Shown one piece after another: positions 10,435-20,005 of a stretch of DNA of 64,000 nt. The position numbers were made by a program, and so were the translations under genes. Location: positions 24,591 through 88,590 of the forward strand of contig CAZBOZ010000001.1 of assembly GCA_964493665.1 (NCBI GenBank), given 5' to 3'. How positions within the stretch are numbered: position 1 is the first letter of the stretch; every line of letters begins with the position of its first letter. The notes beneath the pieces are model-generated. The model did no database searches and was not told where the DNA came from. It was given only the letters and a program-made list of their open reading frames with translations. The stretch is from an uncultured Muribaculaceae bacterium (lineage in GTDB: Bacteria > Bacillota_I > Bacilli_A > RF39 > UBA660).

Positions 10435-12210
10435 ATGAAAAAAATAACAAGAGAAGAATTAGTAACAATGTACTTTAACTTTTTTAAGGAAAAAGGACAT
10501 ACTATAATTCCCAGTGCTTCAATAGTACCCGAAAATGATCCAACAGTTTTATTTACTTCAGCTGGTATGCACCCTTTAGTACCATATTTATTGGGAGAAA
10601 GGCATCCTGGTGGGGAAAGATTAGTTAATGTCCAAAAATGTTTAAGAACCGGGGATATCGAATCAGTAGGTGACTCTTCTCATTTGACATTTTTTGAAAT
10701 GTTAGGTAATTGGAGTTTAGGAGATTATTTTAAAAAAGAATCAATTGCTTTTAGTTATGAATTTTTAACTAATCCAAAACATTTAAATTTAGACAAAGAA
10801 AGGCTTTATTTTTCTTGCTTTGAAGGAGATACTGAATTTTCTAAAGATGAAGAAAGCTATAATGCTTGGTTAGATAATGGGGTTGATCCTAGTCACATAT
10901 ATTTTCTTTCTAAAGAAAATAATTTTTGGATATTAGGAAGTGGTATAGGTCCTTGTGGTCCAGATACAGAAATATTTTATGATACTTTAAAGGATCCTTG
11001 CAGCCCAAATTGTAATCCATCATGTTCATGTGGCAAATATTTGGAAATATGGAATAATGTTTTTATGGAATACAACAAAAAAAGTGACGGTTCTATTATT
11101 AAATTAGCAAAACCTAATGTTGATACAGGGATGGGTCTAGAAAGGACTTTAGCAGTATTAAATAATCTATCTTCAGTATATGATACTGAGTTATTTGTTA
11201 ATTTAAAAACGAAAATTGAAGAATTATCTAATAAAAAGTATGAAGATAACTTGGAAGCCTTTAGAATAATAATGGATCATTTAAGATCTGCAGTTTTTGT
11301 TTTAGGAGATTATCATGGTATTGTTCCTTCTAATACCGGCCAAGGCTATGTTTTAAGAAGATTAATTAGAAGAGCTTTTCGTTATCTTAAAAATTTAACA
11401 ATAGAAAATCAAATAAAAGAACTTGTTAGTGTAATTATAAATGATTACAAAAATATTTATCCAGAATTAGCAACCAACAAAGATTTTATAATAAATGAAA
11501 TAATCAAAGAAGGAGAAAAATTTAGTAAAACACTCTCTCAAGGAGAAAAATTATTTAATAAAGTTATTAAACAGTCTAAAAACAATCTAATAAGTGGTAC
11601 TGATGCTTTTAAATTATTTGATACTTTTGGCTTTCCTTTGGAAATGACTATTGAACTTGCTAATGAAAGTGGATTTAAAGTGGATAGTGAAGAGTTTTAT
11701 AATAAATTTAAAGAACACCAAGAAAAAAGCAAAACTATTGATGCTGGGGCTTTTAAGGGTGGTTTAGCTGATGATAGTTATGAAACTACTAAATATCATA
11801 CTTTAGCACATTTAATGCTTGCAGCTTTACAAAAAATGTATGGCAAAGACATAGTTCAAAAAGGCTGTAATATAACTAGTGAAAGAATTAGATTTGATTT
11901 TAATTTGGATCATAAAATGAGTGAAGAAGAAAAGTTAGAACTAACTAAATTAGTAAATGAATATATAAAAATGAATATAGATGTTTCTTGTGATGAAATG
12001 AGTTATGAAAATGCTAAAAAAGAAGGAGCTCATGGTACTTTTGAAGATAAGTATGGTGGAGTTGTAAAAGTATATACTATTGGAGATGTATCAAAAGAAA
12101 TATGTGGTGGCCCTCATGTTAAAAATACCTTTGAAATAGGGGAGTTTATTATAACTAAAGAAGAATCATCCAGTGCTGGAGTTAGAAGGATAAAAGCTAT
12201 TATTAAATAG
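10435..12210 (+). CDS. alaS: alanine--tRNA ligase, short form lacking the C-Ala domain
   Basis: Class II catalytic core (FTSAGM, motif 2/3 region), a tRNA-recognition domain, and editing-site motifs HTLAHLM and CGGPH. It ends at 591 aa directly after AGVRRIKAIIK. Confidence 0.8.
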   Translation: MKKITREELVTMYFNFFKEKGHTIIPSASIVPENDPTVLFTSAGMHPLVPYLLGERHPGGERLVNVQKCLRTGDIESVGDSSHLTFFEMLGNWSLGDYFKKESIAFSYEFLTNPKHLNLDKERLYFSCFEGDTEFSKDEESYNAWLDNGVDPSHIYFLSKENNFWILGSGIGPCGPDTEIFYDTLKDPCSPNCNPSCSCGKYLEIWNNVFMEYNKKSDGSIIKLAKPNVDTGMGLERTLAVLNNLSSVYDTELFVNLKTKIEELSNKKYEDNLEAFRIIMDHLRSAVFVLGDYHGIVPSNTGQGYVLRRLIRRAFRYLKNLTIENQIKELVSVIINDYKNIYPELATNKDFIINEIIKEGEKFSKTLSQGEKLFNKVIKQSKNNLISGTDAFKLFDTFGFPLEMTIELANESGFKVDSEEFYNKFKEHQEKSKTIDAGAFKGGLADDSYETTKYHTLAHLMLAALQKMYGKDIVQKGCNITSERIRFDFNLDHKMSEEEKLELTKLVNEYIKMNIDVSCDEMSYENAKKEGAHGTFEDKYGGVVKVYTIGDVSKEICGGPHVKNTFEIGEFIITKEESSSAGVRRIKAIIK

Positions 12211-12253
12211 CTTTTAATAATGAAATGATTTTTAAAAGAAGGAGTATGATACT

Positions 12254-12427
12254 ATGGCAGTAAATAAACCTGTTGGTGATAATGCTAGAGTGGGTGCAGT
12301 AAAAGATAGAAGCCAAACTTATAATCCAAAAACCAAAAAAATAGTCAAACGAAACACCAAAACTGGTGAGTTTATCAAAAATAAAATAACAAAAGGTATA
12401 TTTAAAGGTATAAGAAAAGAAAAATAA
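12254..12427 (+). CDS. small basic protein (57 aa), conserved-hypothetical-like
   Basis: ATG preceded by the RBS aaggag. It translates to MAVNKPVGDNARVGAVKDRSQTYNPKTKKIVKRNTKTGEFIKNKITKGIFKGIRKEK and is followed by a terminator. It is not in the ORF track because it is shorter than 60 aa. Confidence 0.45.
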   Translation: MAVNKPVGDNARVGAVKDRSQTYNPKTKKIVKRNTKTGEFIKNKITKGIFKGIRKEK

Positions 12428-12452
12428 CTTCAGAAGAAGTTATTTTATTTTT
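12426..12452. terminator. bidirectional rho-independent terminator candidate
   Basis: Hairpin aacttcagaagaagtt followed by a T-run, between the convergent small ORF and ORF 12440-13303. Confidence 0.45.
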
Positions 12453-13303
12453 ATCTCACTAAGTATAGGAATCTTAGCAAATATAGAATTGCCACTTTCA
12501 ATTTTTCGGCCATTATATGGAGCGTTACTGAATATTAAATCTAAATATAATTCACTGGCATTATCATATAAATATTTATTACTATATTTGATCATTCTTT
12601 CAGCTTTTTTAATTGATTCATTTAATAATTTTAAATATTTTTTTTCTAAGTAGTTATCTTTATTAAGACAATTATAAAAATAAGGATTGTTATTATATTT
12701 ATCTTTACCAGTAAACATTTTAAATATAAACTGACTTTTATAAAACATATTGACAAATATATTACCGATATTAATAAATAAAACAAATTTTAAATAAGTA
12801 TTACTAACATTAAAATAACTATAAACATCAGCATAAGTAAAATCAATCATTTTTCTCATATCTTTTTTTAATAAAGGCTGGATATTAAAATAGTTATTAT
12901 TGTTTTTAAACTTATTAGTTAAATATATGTCTAAATCACATTCTATAGCGGTATGTGGTGTTAAAAAGGCTTCTTTATCAATGCCATCAACTAAATTATT
13001 AACAAAGCTATGAATTGTAGTATCTAATGTATAATGAGCTATATGGCCGTATAAATAAGCCATAATATCACTGTTATTTTGTAAATTATTTTCTTTTATA
13101 TATTTAATTGTATTAATAAAAAACACTTTAGAATTAACTTTATGGGCATTCTCAAAACACTTTTTATATAAAGCAGTTAAATCTTGCCCAAAAGAAAACA
13201 ACTTCATGTCATTTTTGTTAATTTTAATTCTAAATTTATTTTTATTATTTAGCTTATTAAACAATAATTCACTCATTATTGCATGACTTGCATAATTTGC
13301 CAT
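12440..13303 (-). CDS. hypothetical protein, possibly zinc-dependent phospholipase C-like
   Basis: 287 aa with an N-terminal MANYASHAIM (His near position 7) and several His-containing blocks. The assignment is weak. Confidence 0.4.
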   Translation of the reverse strand: MANYASHAIMSELLFNKLNNKNKFRIKINKNDMKLFSFGQDLTALYKKCFENAHKVNSKVFFINTIKYIKENNLQNNSDIMAYLYGHIAHYTLDTTIHSFVNNLVDGIDKEAFLTPHTAIECDLDIYLTNKFKNNNNYFNIQPLLKKDMRKMIDFTYADVYSYFNVSNTYLKFVLFINIGNIFVNMFYKSQFIFKMFTGKDKYNNNPYFYNCLNKDNYLEKKYLKLLNESIKKAERMIKYSNKYLYDNASELYLDLIFSNAPYNGRKIESGNSIFAKIPILSEIKIK

Positions 13304-13388
13304 ATAACATCCTCCAGATGCATTATAATCTTATACCCAAATTTAAAATAAGTCAAATGAGATTTTTATTATGTTATAATCTAAATAG

Positions 13389-14420
13389 GTGATAATTATG
13401 ATTACTAACAAAGAAATAAAAAAATATTATAATGTTTTATGTAATGGTAATTATCCAACCTTTATAAACAAATATTTAAAAGTTAAAGAACTGCAAAGAT
13501 TGAAAGGAATAGGTCAGTTTTGTGGCTGCGATTATAACAAATTTTATAATATAAAATATTGGTACTCTAGATATGATCATAGTTTGGCAGTTGCTTTAAT
13601 AACCTGGCATTTTACGAAAAATAAAACCCAAACTTTGGCAGCTTTATTTCATGATTTGGGTACTCCAGCCTTTAGCCATTGCATTGATTTTATGTTAGGA
13701 GATTCAATTCATCAGGAAAGCTCGGAATTGAGTGTAAAAAATATTATAATTAATTCTCCAGAAATAATGAATTTTTTAAAAGAAGATAAAGTATCAGTAA
13801 CTAATGTAACTGATTTAACAAAGTACCCAATAATTGAAAATAAAAGCCCAAAATTATGTGCGGATAGGCTAGAAGGGGTATTACATACAGTTTTAATATG
13901 GCTAAATATATGGTCATTGAAAGATGTTGAAAAGGTTTATAGGTCAATAATTGTTTTAAAAAATGAAGAATCTAAGTTAGAACTCGGATTTAAAAACATT
14001 GCATCTGGAGAATTTTTTTCTAAAGCTGTTTTTGAATATAGTATGGCTCTTCAAAATAGTAAAAACAAATTTACTATGCAATATACAGCTGATCAACTAA
14101 GAATGTTAATTAATAATCATATTATTAATATAGAAGATTTATATATTCAAAGTGAAGATTATATATTGAATTTATTAAATTTATATTCAGAAACTTGGCA
14201 TATATATATAAACGCTGAAGATATAATAAGAAATGAAAGAAGGCCAAAAGGTAATTATTGGGTATCCATTGAATCTAAAAAAAGGTATGTTATTCCCTTG
14301 TGTAATGTAAATAATAAATCTTTAAGAATAGATAATGTTTCTAATAAAGCAAAGAAATTATTAGATAAATATAATAACTTAAAAGAAGCTAAATATTGTT
14401 ATATTAAAGGCATGAAATAA
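13389..14420 (+). CDS. HD-domain phosphohydrolase
   Basis: The HSLAVA ... LFHDLGTPAFSH motif pair is the H...HD signature of the HD superfamily. Confidence 0.65.
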   Translation: MIIMITNKEIKKYYNVLCNGNYPTFINKYLKVKELQRLKGIGQFCGCDYNKFYNIKYWYSRYDHSLAVALITWHFTKNKTQTLAALFHDLGTPAFSHCIDFMLGDSIHQESSELSVKNIIINSPEIMNFLKEDKVSVTNVTDLTKYPIIENKSPKLCADRLEGVLHTVLIWLNIWSLKDVEKVYRSIIVLKNEESKLELGFKNIASGEFFSKAVFEYSMALQNSKNKFTMQYTADQLRMLINNHIINIEDLYIQSEDYILNLLNLYSETWHIYINAEDIIRNERRPKGNYWVSIESKKRYVIPLCNVNNKSLRIDNVSNKAKKLLDKYNNLKEAKYCYIKGMK

Positions 14421-14459
14421 TGTTTTTTATGATATACTTTAATAGTAAGAGGTTTATAT

Positions 14460-15290
14460 ATGATAAAAGTAGAGAATTTTACAAAAAAATATGGTGATTT
14501 TGTAGCTGTTGATAACATTAATTTTGCTATAAAAGAAAACGAAATAGTTGGTTTTGTGGGCAAAAATGGAGCTGGGAAAACAACTACTATTAGAGTCATT
14601 ATGAATATGCTGTTTCCAACATTTGGTAAAATTACTATAAATGGCTTAGATTCTATAAAAGATACTAAAAAAATTAAAGAATTTACTAGTTATATGCCTA
14701 GTGATATAGTATTTTACGAAAACTTAAAAGCAATTGATATATTTAAATTTTGTTTAAAATTTTCTCATAAGGATTTTAGTGAAGTAGAAAGACTAGCAAA
14801 ATATTTTGAGCTGGATTTAAATAAAAAAATATATGAATTAAGTACAGGTAATAAAAAGAAAGTAGCTATAATTGAGGCATTACTTAAAGAAAATGAAGTT
14901 ATTATATTAGATGAACCAACTAATGGCCTAGATCCTCTAATGCAAAAAAAGTTTTTTGATTTAATTTTAAAAGAAAAAGCAAAGGGAATAACAATCTTTT
15001 TATCAAGTCATAATTTAGGTGAAATAGAAAAGTATTGTGACCGAGTAATAATGATTAAAGATGGTAAGATAGTTGAAACTATTGATCTAAATAAAAAAAA
15101 TAACAAAATAAAATATATAGTTTCGTATGAAGATAAAAACAAGAACAAAGCTAAATACGAATATGAAGGTGACATTCAAACGCTTATCAAAAAACTAGGA
15201 GAATTAAATTTAAAAGATTTGGAGATAAGAAAAAAAACAATCGAAGAGGAGTTTATTTCTTATTACGAAAGCGGTGAAGATAATGAATAG
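14460..15290 (+). CDS. ABC transporter ATP-binding protein
   Basis: Walker A GKNGAGKTT, signature LSTGNKKK and Walker B ILDEPT. Confidence 0.85.
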   Translation: MIKVENFTKKYGDFVAVDNINFAIKENEIVGFVGKNGAGKTTTIRVIMNMLFPTFGKITINGLDSIKDTKKIKEFTSYMPSDIVFYENLKAIDIFKFCLKFSHKDFSEVERLAKYFELDLNKKIYELSTGNKKKVAIIEALLKENEVIILDEPTNGLDPLMQKKFFDLILKEKAKGITIFLSSHNLGEIEKYCDRVIMIKDGKIVETIDLNKKNNKIKYIVSYEDKNKNKAKYEYEGDIQTLIKKLGELNLKDLEIRKKTIEEEFISYYESGEDNE

Positions 15291-16095
15291 AATGAGTGGT
15301 AGAAACATTTTAAATGCTACTAAATTTAATTTAAAAGTTAATAAAAGTAGTATATTAGGCTGGAGTATTGCTATTTTTTCAATAATGTTTGTTTATATGA
15401 CCCTTTTTCCCATAATTAAGGATATTGGTATGGCCAAAATGGAGTTAATGCCCGAGGCTATGTTAGAGTTTGTAGGATTAAATAGTATTAGTGATATGAA
15501 TAATTTTATAAGTTATTTTGGGATGATTTTTAATATTATATTAATTGCCATATCAATATTTTCAGCGACATTTAGTGCAAAAATTATATGTAAAGAGGAA
15601 CATACTAAATCAATTGAATTTTTAGATGCTTTAAATATAAGTAGAGATGAAATATATGTTTCTAAATTATTAACAGCTTTTATTTCTGTAACGCTAGTAC
15701 TTATAAGTGCAATGTCAGCAACTTTAATAAGTGGCTTTATAAACGGCGGATCAACGTTTGTATTAACAGATTTTATAAAAATAATAAAAGTAAGTAGCAT
15801 GTCAGCATATGTTTTTATGGCTTTGTCATTTTTAATATCAGGAATTACTTCTAAAATCAATGTTTCATCTATATCAGCAATTGGCGTATTGGTACTTTAT
15901 ATGATTGGGTACTTAGGAATTTTAGTAGATAAAAAAATATTAACATATTTTAGTCCATTTGAGAGCTTAAGTCCTACTAAAGCCTTAATCTTATCAAATC
16001 ATACTATTTTAATGCTTTTAATATATTTGATGGTAATAATAATATTTATTGTCATCGGAAATAAATTCTATAAAAAAAGAGATTTTAATATTTAG
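15274..16095 (+). CDS. ABC-2 family permease
   Basis: Overlaps the ATPase gene. It is about 270 aa with six predicted TM helices. Confidence 0.65.
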   Translation: MKIMNRMSGRNILNATKFNLKVNKSSILGWSIAIFSIMFVYMTLFPIIKDIGMAKMELMPEAMLEFVGLNSISDMNNFISYFGMIFNIILIAISIFSATFSAKIICKEEHTKSIEFLDALNISRDEIYVSKLLTAFISVTLVLISAMSATLISGFINGGSTFVLTDFIKIIKVSSMSAYVFMALSFLISGITSKINVSSISAIGVLVLYMIGYLGILVDKKILTYFSPFESLSPTKALILSNHTILMLLIYLMVIIIFIVIGNKFYKKRDFNI

Positions 16096-16105
16096 GAGTT
16101 TTAAT

Positions 16106-16339
16106 ATGAAGAAAAAATGGCTTGTTGGAATAATTGGGGGAATAATAGGCTTTATAATTGGTACTTTGGGTGGCGGATATATAGGGTTAGTAATAGGTGG
16201 TAATTTTTTAGGCAGTCTGAATATTCATGAAACCCTTGGGATTGAAGGCTATGCTTTAACTACTTATATAGGTGCCATAGTAGGAGCTATTGTTTTGACA
16301 ATTTTAGGAATAAAATCTGCTCTTAAAAGGAAAAAATAA
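16106..16339 (+). CDS. small glycine-zipper membrane protein (77 aa)
   Basis: An internal ATG at 16106 has an AGGAG RBS. GxxxG repeats (GIIGGIIGFIIGTLGGGYIGLVIGG) are present. Confidence 0.5.
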   Translation: MKKKWLVGIIGGIIGFIIGTLGGGYIGLVIGGNFLGSLNIHETLGIEGYALTTYIGAIVGAIVLTILGIKSALKRKK

Positions 16340-16364
16340 TTGTCCCAAAGAATTTGAGGTTAAC

Positions 16365-17690
16365 ATGAAATATTATTTAATAGGAATAAAAGGAGCAGGA
16401 GTAAGTGCTTTAGCACTTTTACTTAATGATTTAGGTAATGAAGTCATTGGTTATGATGATGCTAAAGATCATCGTTTTACTGAAGATAATTTAAATACTA
16501 GAAATATAAAAATATATACTGATCCTAATGTTTATAAGTTAGAAAAAGATACTATTGTGGTTAGAAGCCCAGCTATTAGAGATAACCATCCAGAAATGCT
16601 TAGAGCTTTTAAATTAGGCTTAATAAATTATGAATATCAAGAAATGCTTGGCAGATTAAGTGAGTCTTTTGAAACAGTAGGAGTAGCTGGATGCCATGGT
16701 AAAACAACTACATCTTCGATGCTATCTCATGTATTAAATAGCACTATTGGCTGTAATTATATAATTGGTGATGGTCATGGTTATGCTAATAAAAATAATA
16801 AATTGTTTATTTTAGAATCTTGTGAGTACCGTCGCCATTTTTTAGATTATAAAATTGCTTATGCCATTATTACCAATATTGAACTGGATCATACTGATTA
16901 TTATAAAGATATAAATGATGTTATGGATGCTTATCAATCTTTTGCTAATAATGCCTCAAAAGCTGTTATAGCTTGGGGTAATGACCCTTATATTAGAAAA
17001 TTAAATATAAATAAGAAAATATACTATTATGGTATTGAAAATGATAATGATATTATTGCTAAAAATATTGATTACCGAAATGATGGAACTAGCTTTGATG
17101 TTTATATAGATAATAAATATTATGGTCATTTTGATATATCATTATATGGGAAGCATATGTTATTAAATGCTTTGGCGGTGATAACTATATGTTATTTAAA
17201 AAATATAAGTGTTGAAAATATATCTAAATATTTAGATACATTTAAAGGAGCATCAAGAAGGTTTAAAGAAACTTTTATAGAAGATAATATTGTTATTGAT
17301 GATTATGCCCATCATCCTACGGAAGTAAAAGTTACTATTTTAGCAGCTAAGCAAAAATATCCCGATAAAAAAATAATTGCTATATTTAAGCCTCATACTT
17401 TTTCTAGAGTAAAAGAATTTCATAAAGAGTTCGCCAAGTCTCTAAACTTGGCTGATTATACTTATATTATGGATATAAACTATGATCGAGAATTACCCAG
17501 TGAATATCCAAATACAACTCCATATACCATAATAAACGAGCTTAAAAATGGTGATTATATAGGTGAAAAAGAAACATTCAAATTATTAAAGCATAACAAT
17601 AGTGTATTATTATTTATGAGCAGCAAAGAAATTTATTTGTTAGAAGAATTATATATAAAAGAATATAATAATTCCAAAATTAAAAAATAA
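16365..17690 (+). CDS. murC: UDP-N-acetylmuramate--L-alanine ligase
   Basis: N-terminal MKYYLIGIKGAGVSALA Rossmann motif, Mur ligase P-loop GCHGKTTT, and DDYAHHP in the C-terminal domain. Confidence 0.85.
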   Translation: MKYYLIGIKGAGVSALALLLNDLGNEVIGYDDAKDHRFTEDNLNTRNIKIYTDPNVYKLEKDTIVVRSPAIRDNHPEMLRAFKLGLINYEYQEMLGRLSESFETVGVAGCHGKTTTSSMLSHVLNSTIGCNYIIGDGHGYANKNNKLFILESCEYRRHFLDYKIAYAIITNIELDHTDYYKDINDVMDAYQSFANNASKAVIAWGNDPYIRKLNINKKIYYYGIENDNDIIAKNIDYRNDGTSFDVYIDNKYYGHFDISLYGKHMLLNALAVITICYLKNISVENISKYLDTFKGASRRFKETFIEDNIVIDDYAHHPTEVKVTILAAKQKYPDKKIIAIFKPHTFSRVKEFHKEFAKSLNLADYTYIMDINYDRELPSEYPNTTPYTIINELKNGDYIGEKETFKLLKHNNSVLLFMSSKEIYLLEELYIKEYNNSKIKK

Positions 17691-17754
17691 TTTGCATTTT
17701 CTAAAAAAGGTGTTAAAATAATAAACAAAATAAATTTATTTGGGGGTGTGTCAT

Positions 17755-18465
17755 ATGGGGAATCATGATTCTATGCCAAAAAGGCCAATGTCTACTATAA
17801 CAGGAATTGGCAGAAAAGCACAAAAGGATGAAAATTCTGCTAGAGTAGCAGCAGCTCGTGCAAATTCAGCTTTTAAAGAAAAAACTTCTGAATTAAAGCA
17901 AACACAATCTGAAATAACAGCCAATATGCTTGAAGAGGGAGTTGTTAAACCAGAATTTTATCAGGCCGTTAATGAAATTATGTGCTCTTACAACAATCGT
18001 TTGTGGGAAGACTTGGTTGAGGGAATGTTGAATTTTTCGATAACCAACAAAGATGTCGTGTTTTTAGATGCTCATGGCTTAAAAAGAGAGGCCTTAAGAA
18101 TTTTATTTTATGTTTGTTGTGCTGAAGATATTGATGTTTTCTATACAACACTTTTCATGTTTAAAAATGGCTTCTTTACTATCGAGGAGATTTTCTTTAA
18201 TTTAAATTTAAGTAATCCGGTTTCGTTTTATAATCCTAATATTAATGTTGAGGGATTAACGGCCGGAGATAGAAGCAAACTTGCTAAAATACCAGAAGAA
18301 ATTAAAATTAAACCAATTGAGGAATTAAAAGCCTATGTTGAAGATAGGTTTGATAAATTAAAGAAAAAAGTTAAAAAAGATTTTAATAAAAGAATAAGCC
18401 CTAGCATATATACAGAATCAGACCAAGAAAGAAAATTATATAGGGTTCCAAAAACTGAAGATTAA
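17755..18465 (+). CDS. hypothetical protein
   Basis: An ORF with a GGGGGTG RBS before the ATG at 17755. The ORF track starts it at an upstream TTG. No recognisable family. Confidence 0.45.
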   Translation: MGNHDSMPKRPMSTITGIGRKAQKDENSARVAAARANSAFKEKTSELKQTQSEITANMLEEGVVKPEFYQAVNEIMCSYNNRLWEDLVEGMLNFSITNKDVVFLDAHGLKREALRILFYVCCAEDIDVFYTTLFMFKNGFFTIEEIFFNLNLSNPVSFYNPNINVEGLTAGDRSKLAKIPEEIKIKPIEELKAYVEDRFDKLKKKVKKDFNKRISPSIYTESDQERKLYRVPKTED

Positions 18466-18550
18466 TAATAAAAAGCAACTATTTTATAGTTGTTTTTTAT
18501 ATACAAAATGACACTTATATCATATAATTATTTTAGAATAGGAGGGTAAA

Positions 18551-19153
18551 ATGAAAAGGACTTTAAAAAACATATTGATGATTTTACTTATATTGGTTTT
18601 AGCATTTCTAACATATTTTACTTTAGGCTATATGAAAGGAGATCTTTCATTTACTAATGTTTTAGCCGAGTTTAATACTAAATCAGTATTTTTTAACGAA
18701 GAAAACAATGATGTTAATGAAGCCTCAGTCTCTTCTGAAACTGTTACTATAAGCGGCACTTCTTCTGAAGAAGTAACTGCTACTGGAGAAGAGGAAGCAC
18801 CAGGATCTGAAACAGTTATATATACCAATGATGAACCAGAATATTATGTTACAGGTGAAGAAGAACAAATATTAGATTCTATTGATGAAGAAGCTAATGA
18901 TGTAAGCCTAGAAAAAAGTTTAGCTTTAGATGCTGATTTTAAGTTAAGTGACATATCAACTATATACTATATAGCTTTTGGATTAGAAGGATTGACAATG
19001 TCATTAACTATAGCTTATTTAGCTTACTCGAAGTTTAATAAATATAATTTTAAAGAAACATTTAATACAGCCAAAAGAACTTTTTTCTACATTGCGTATT
19101 CTATTTTATGGCTACTTAGTTATGCCTTAGTATTATATAAATATTTTTTATAA
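18551..19153 (+). CDS. hypothetical membrane protein with an acidic low-complexity linker
   Basis: N-terminal TM helix, then a Ser/Thr/Glu-rich segment, then C-terminal TM helices. It ends 22 nt before the rhodopsin gene. Confidence 0.45.
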   Translation: MKRTLKNILMILLILVLAFLTYFTLGYMKGDLSFTNVLAEFNTKSVFFNEENNDVNEASVSSETVTISGTSSEEVTATGEEEAPGSETVIYTNDEPEYYVTGEEEQILDSIDEEANDVSLEKSLALDADFKLSDISTIYYIAFGLEGLTMSLTIAYLAYSKFNKYNFKETFNTAKRTFFYIAYSILWLLSYALVLYKYFL

Positions 19154-19174
19154 AAAATTGAATAGGAGATTTAT

Positions 19175-19933
19175 ATGAAAAAATTGATTAATTTTAATTT
19201 AACGATGGGGGTTATTCATTTTATACAAGGAGTTACAATGCTTATTTTAGCTCTTACAGTAAGTAAAATAATGGATTTTAAACCAATAATATATACATCT
19301 TTTTTAAAATTTGATTATACTTCTATGAGCCTAGTAACAAATTTTAAAGAAGTCTTTGCTTTGCCATTTGCTTTACTAGTAAGCTGCTTTTTATTTTTAT
19401 CAGCCTTATTTCATTTTATGATAATTGTTTTTCATAAAAAATATGCAGAAGATTTGAATAAAAATATAAATAAGTTTAGATGGTATGAATATGCATTATC
19501 TTCTTCATTAATGATAGTTTTAATAGCAGTATTATTTGGGGTTTATGATTTAGGAGCTCTAATATTAATATTTGCGTTAAATGCCACCATGAATTTATTT
19601 GGCTTGCTAATGGAAAAAATGAATCAAGGTAAATCAAAACCCGATTGGACTCCATTTTTGTTTGGATCGTTTGCTGGCATTATTCCTTGGGTAGTAATTA
19701 TTATGTTTGCCTTTGGGAATTCTGATCCTTCATCAGTCCCATGGTTTGTCTATGCTATTTTTGGCTCATACTTTATCTTTTTCAACTTATTTCCAATCAA
19801 TATGATTTTACAATATAAAAAGATAGGTAAGTGGAAAGATTATCTTTACGGAGAAAAATGGTACATCATATTAAGTCTATCAGCTAAAACGGTATTGGCT
19901 TGGTTAGTCTTTTTTGGAGTAATGCAACCATAA
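19175..19933 (+). CDS. heliorhodopsin-like 7-TM retinal protein
   Basis: 252 aa with 7 predicted TM helices and a Lys in helix 7 (LSLSAKTVLAW). Blocks LSALFHF, FRWYEYALSSSLMIVLIA, FGSFAGIIPW and QYKKIGKW match my recollection of heliorhodopsin family motifs. Confidence 0.7.
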   Translation: MKKLINFNLTMGVIHFIQGVTMLILALTVSKIMDFKPIIYTSFLKFDYTSMSLVTNFKEVFALPFALLVSCFLFLSALFHFMIIVFHKKYAEDLNKNINKFRWYEYALSSSLMIVLIAVLFGVYDLGALILIFALNATMNLFGLLMEKMNQGKSKPDWTPFLFGSFAGIIPWVVIIMFAFGNSDPSSVPWFVYAIFGSYFIFFNLFPINMILQYKKIGKWKDYLYGEKWYIILSLSAKTVLAWLVFFGVMQP

Positions 19934-19958
19934 AGTCAGTTTAAACTGACTTTTTAAA
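19932..19958 (+). terminator. rho-independent terminator
   Basis: Perfect palindrome aaagtcagtttaaactgacttt plus a T-run, overlapping the stop of the rhodopsin gene. Confidence 0.6.
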
Positions 19959-19986
19959 TTGTATCTTTTTTTAACTATGATATAAT
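19959..19986 (+). promoter_or_regulatory. promoter candidate TTGTAT-16-TGaTATAAT (extended -10)
   Basis: Lies upstream of the SDR gene RBS aggagtg. Confidence 0.45.
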
Positions 19987-20005
19987 TTAAAATAGGAGTG
20001 ATAAG

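Noticed and set aside
16049-16105. Upstream extension of the small glycine-zipper ORF (listed start 16049)
   Set aside because: The extension overlaps the end of the permease gene in another frame and has no RBS. The internal ATG at 16106 has an AGGAG RBS at the right distance.
17740-17754. TTG start at 17740 for the hypothetical ORF
   Set aside because: An ATG at 17755 is preceded by a GGGGGTG RBS at the correct spacing, so the TTG start is unnecessary.
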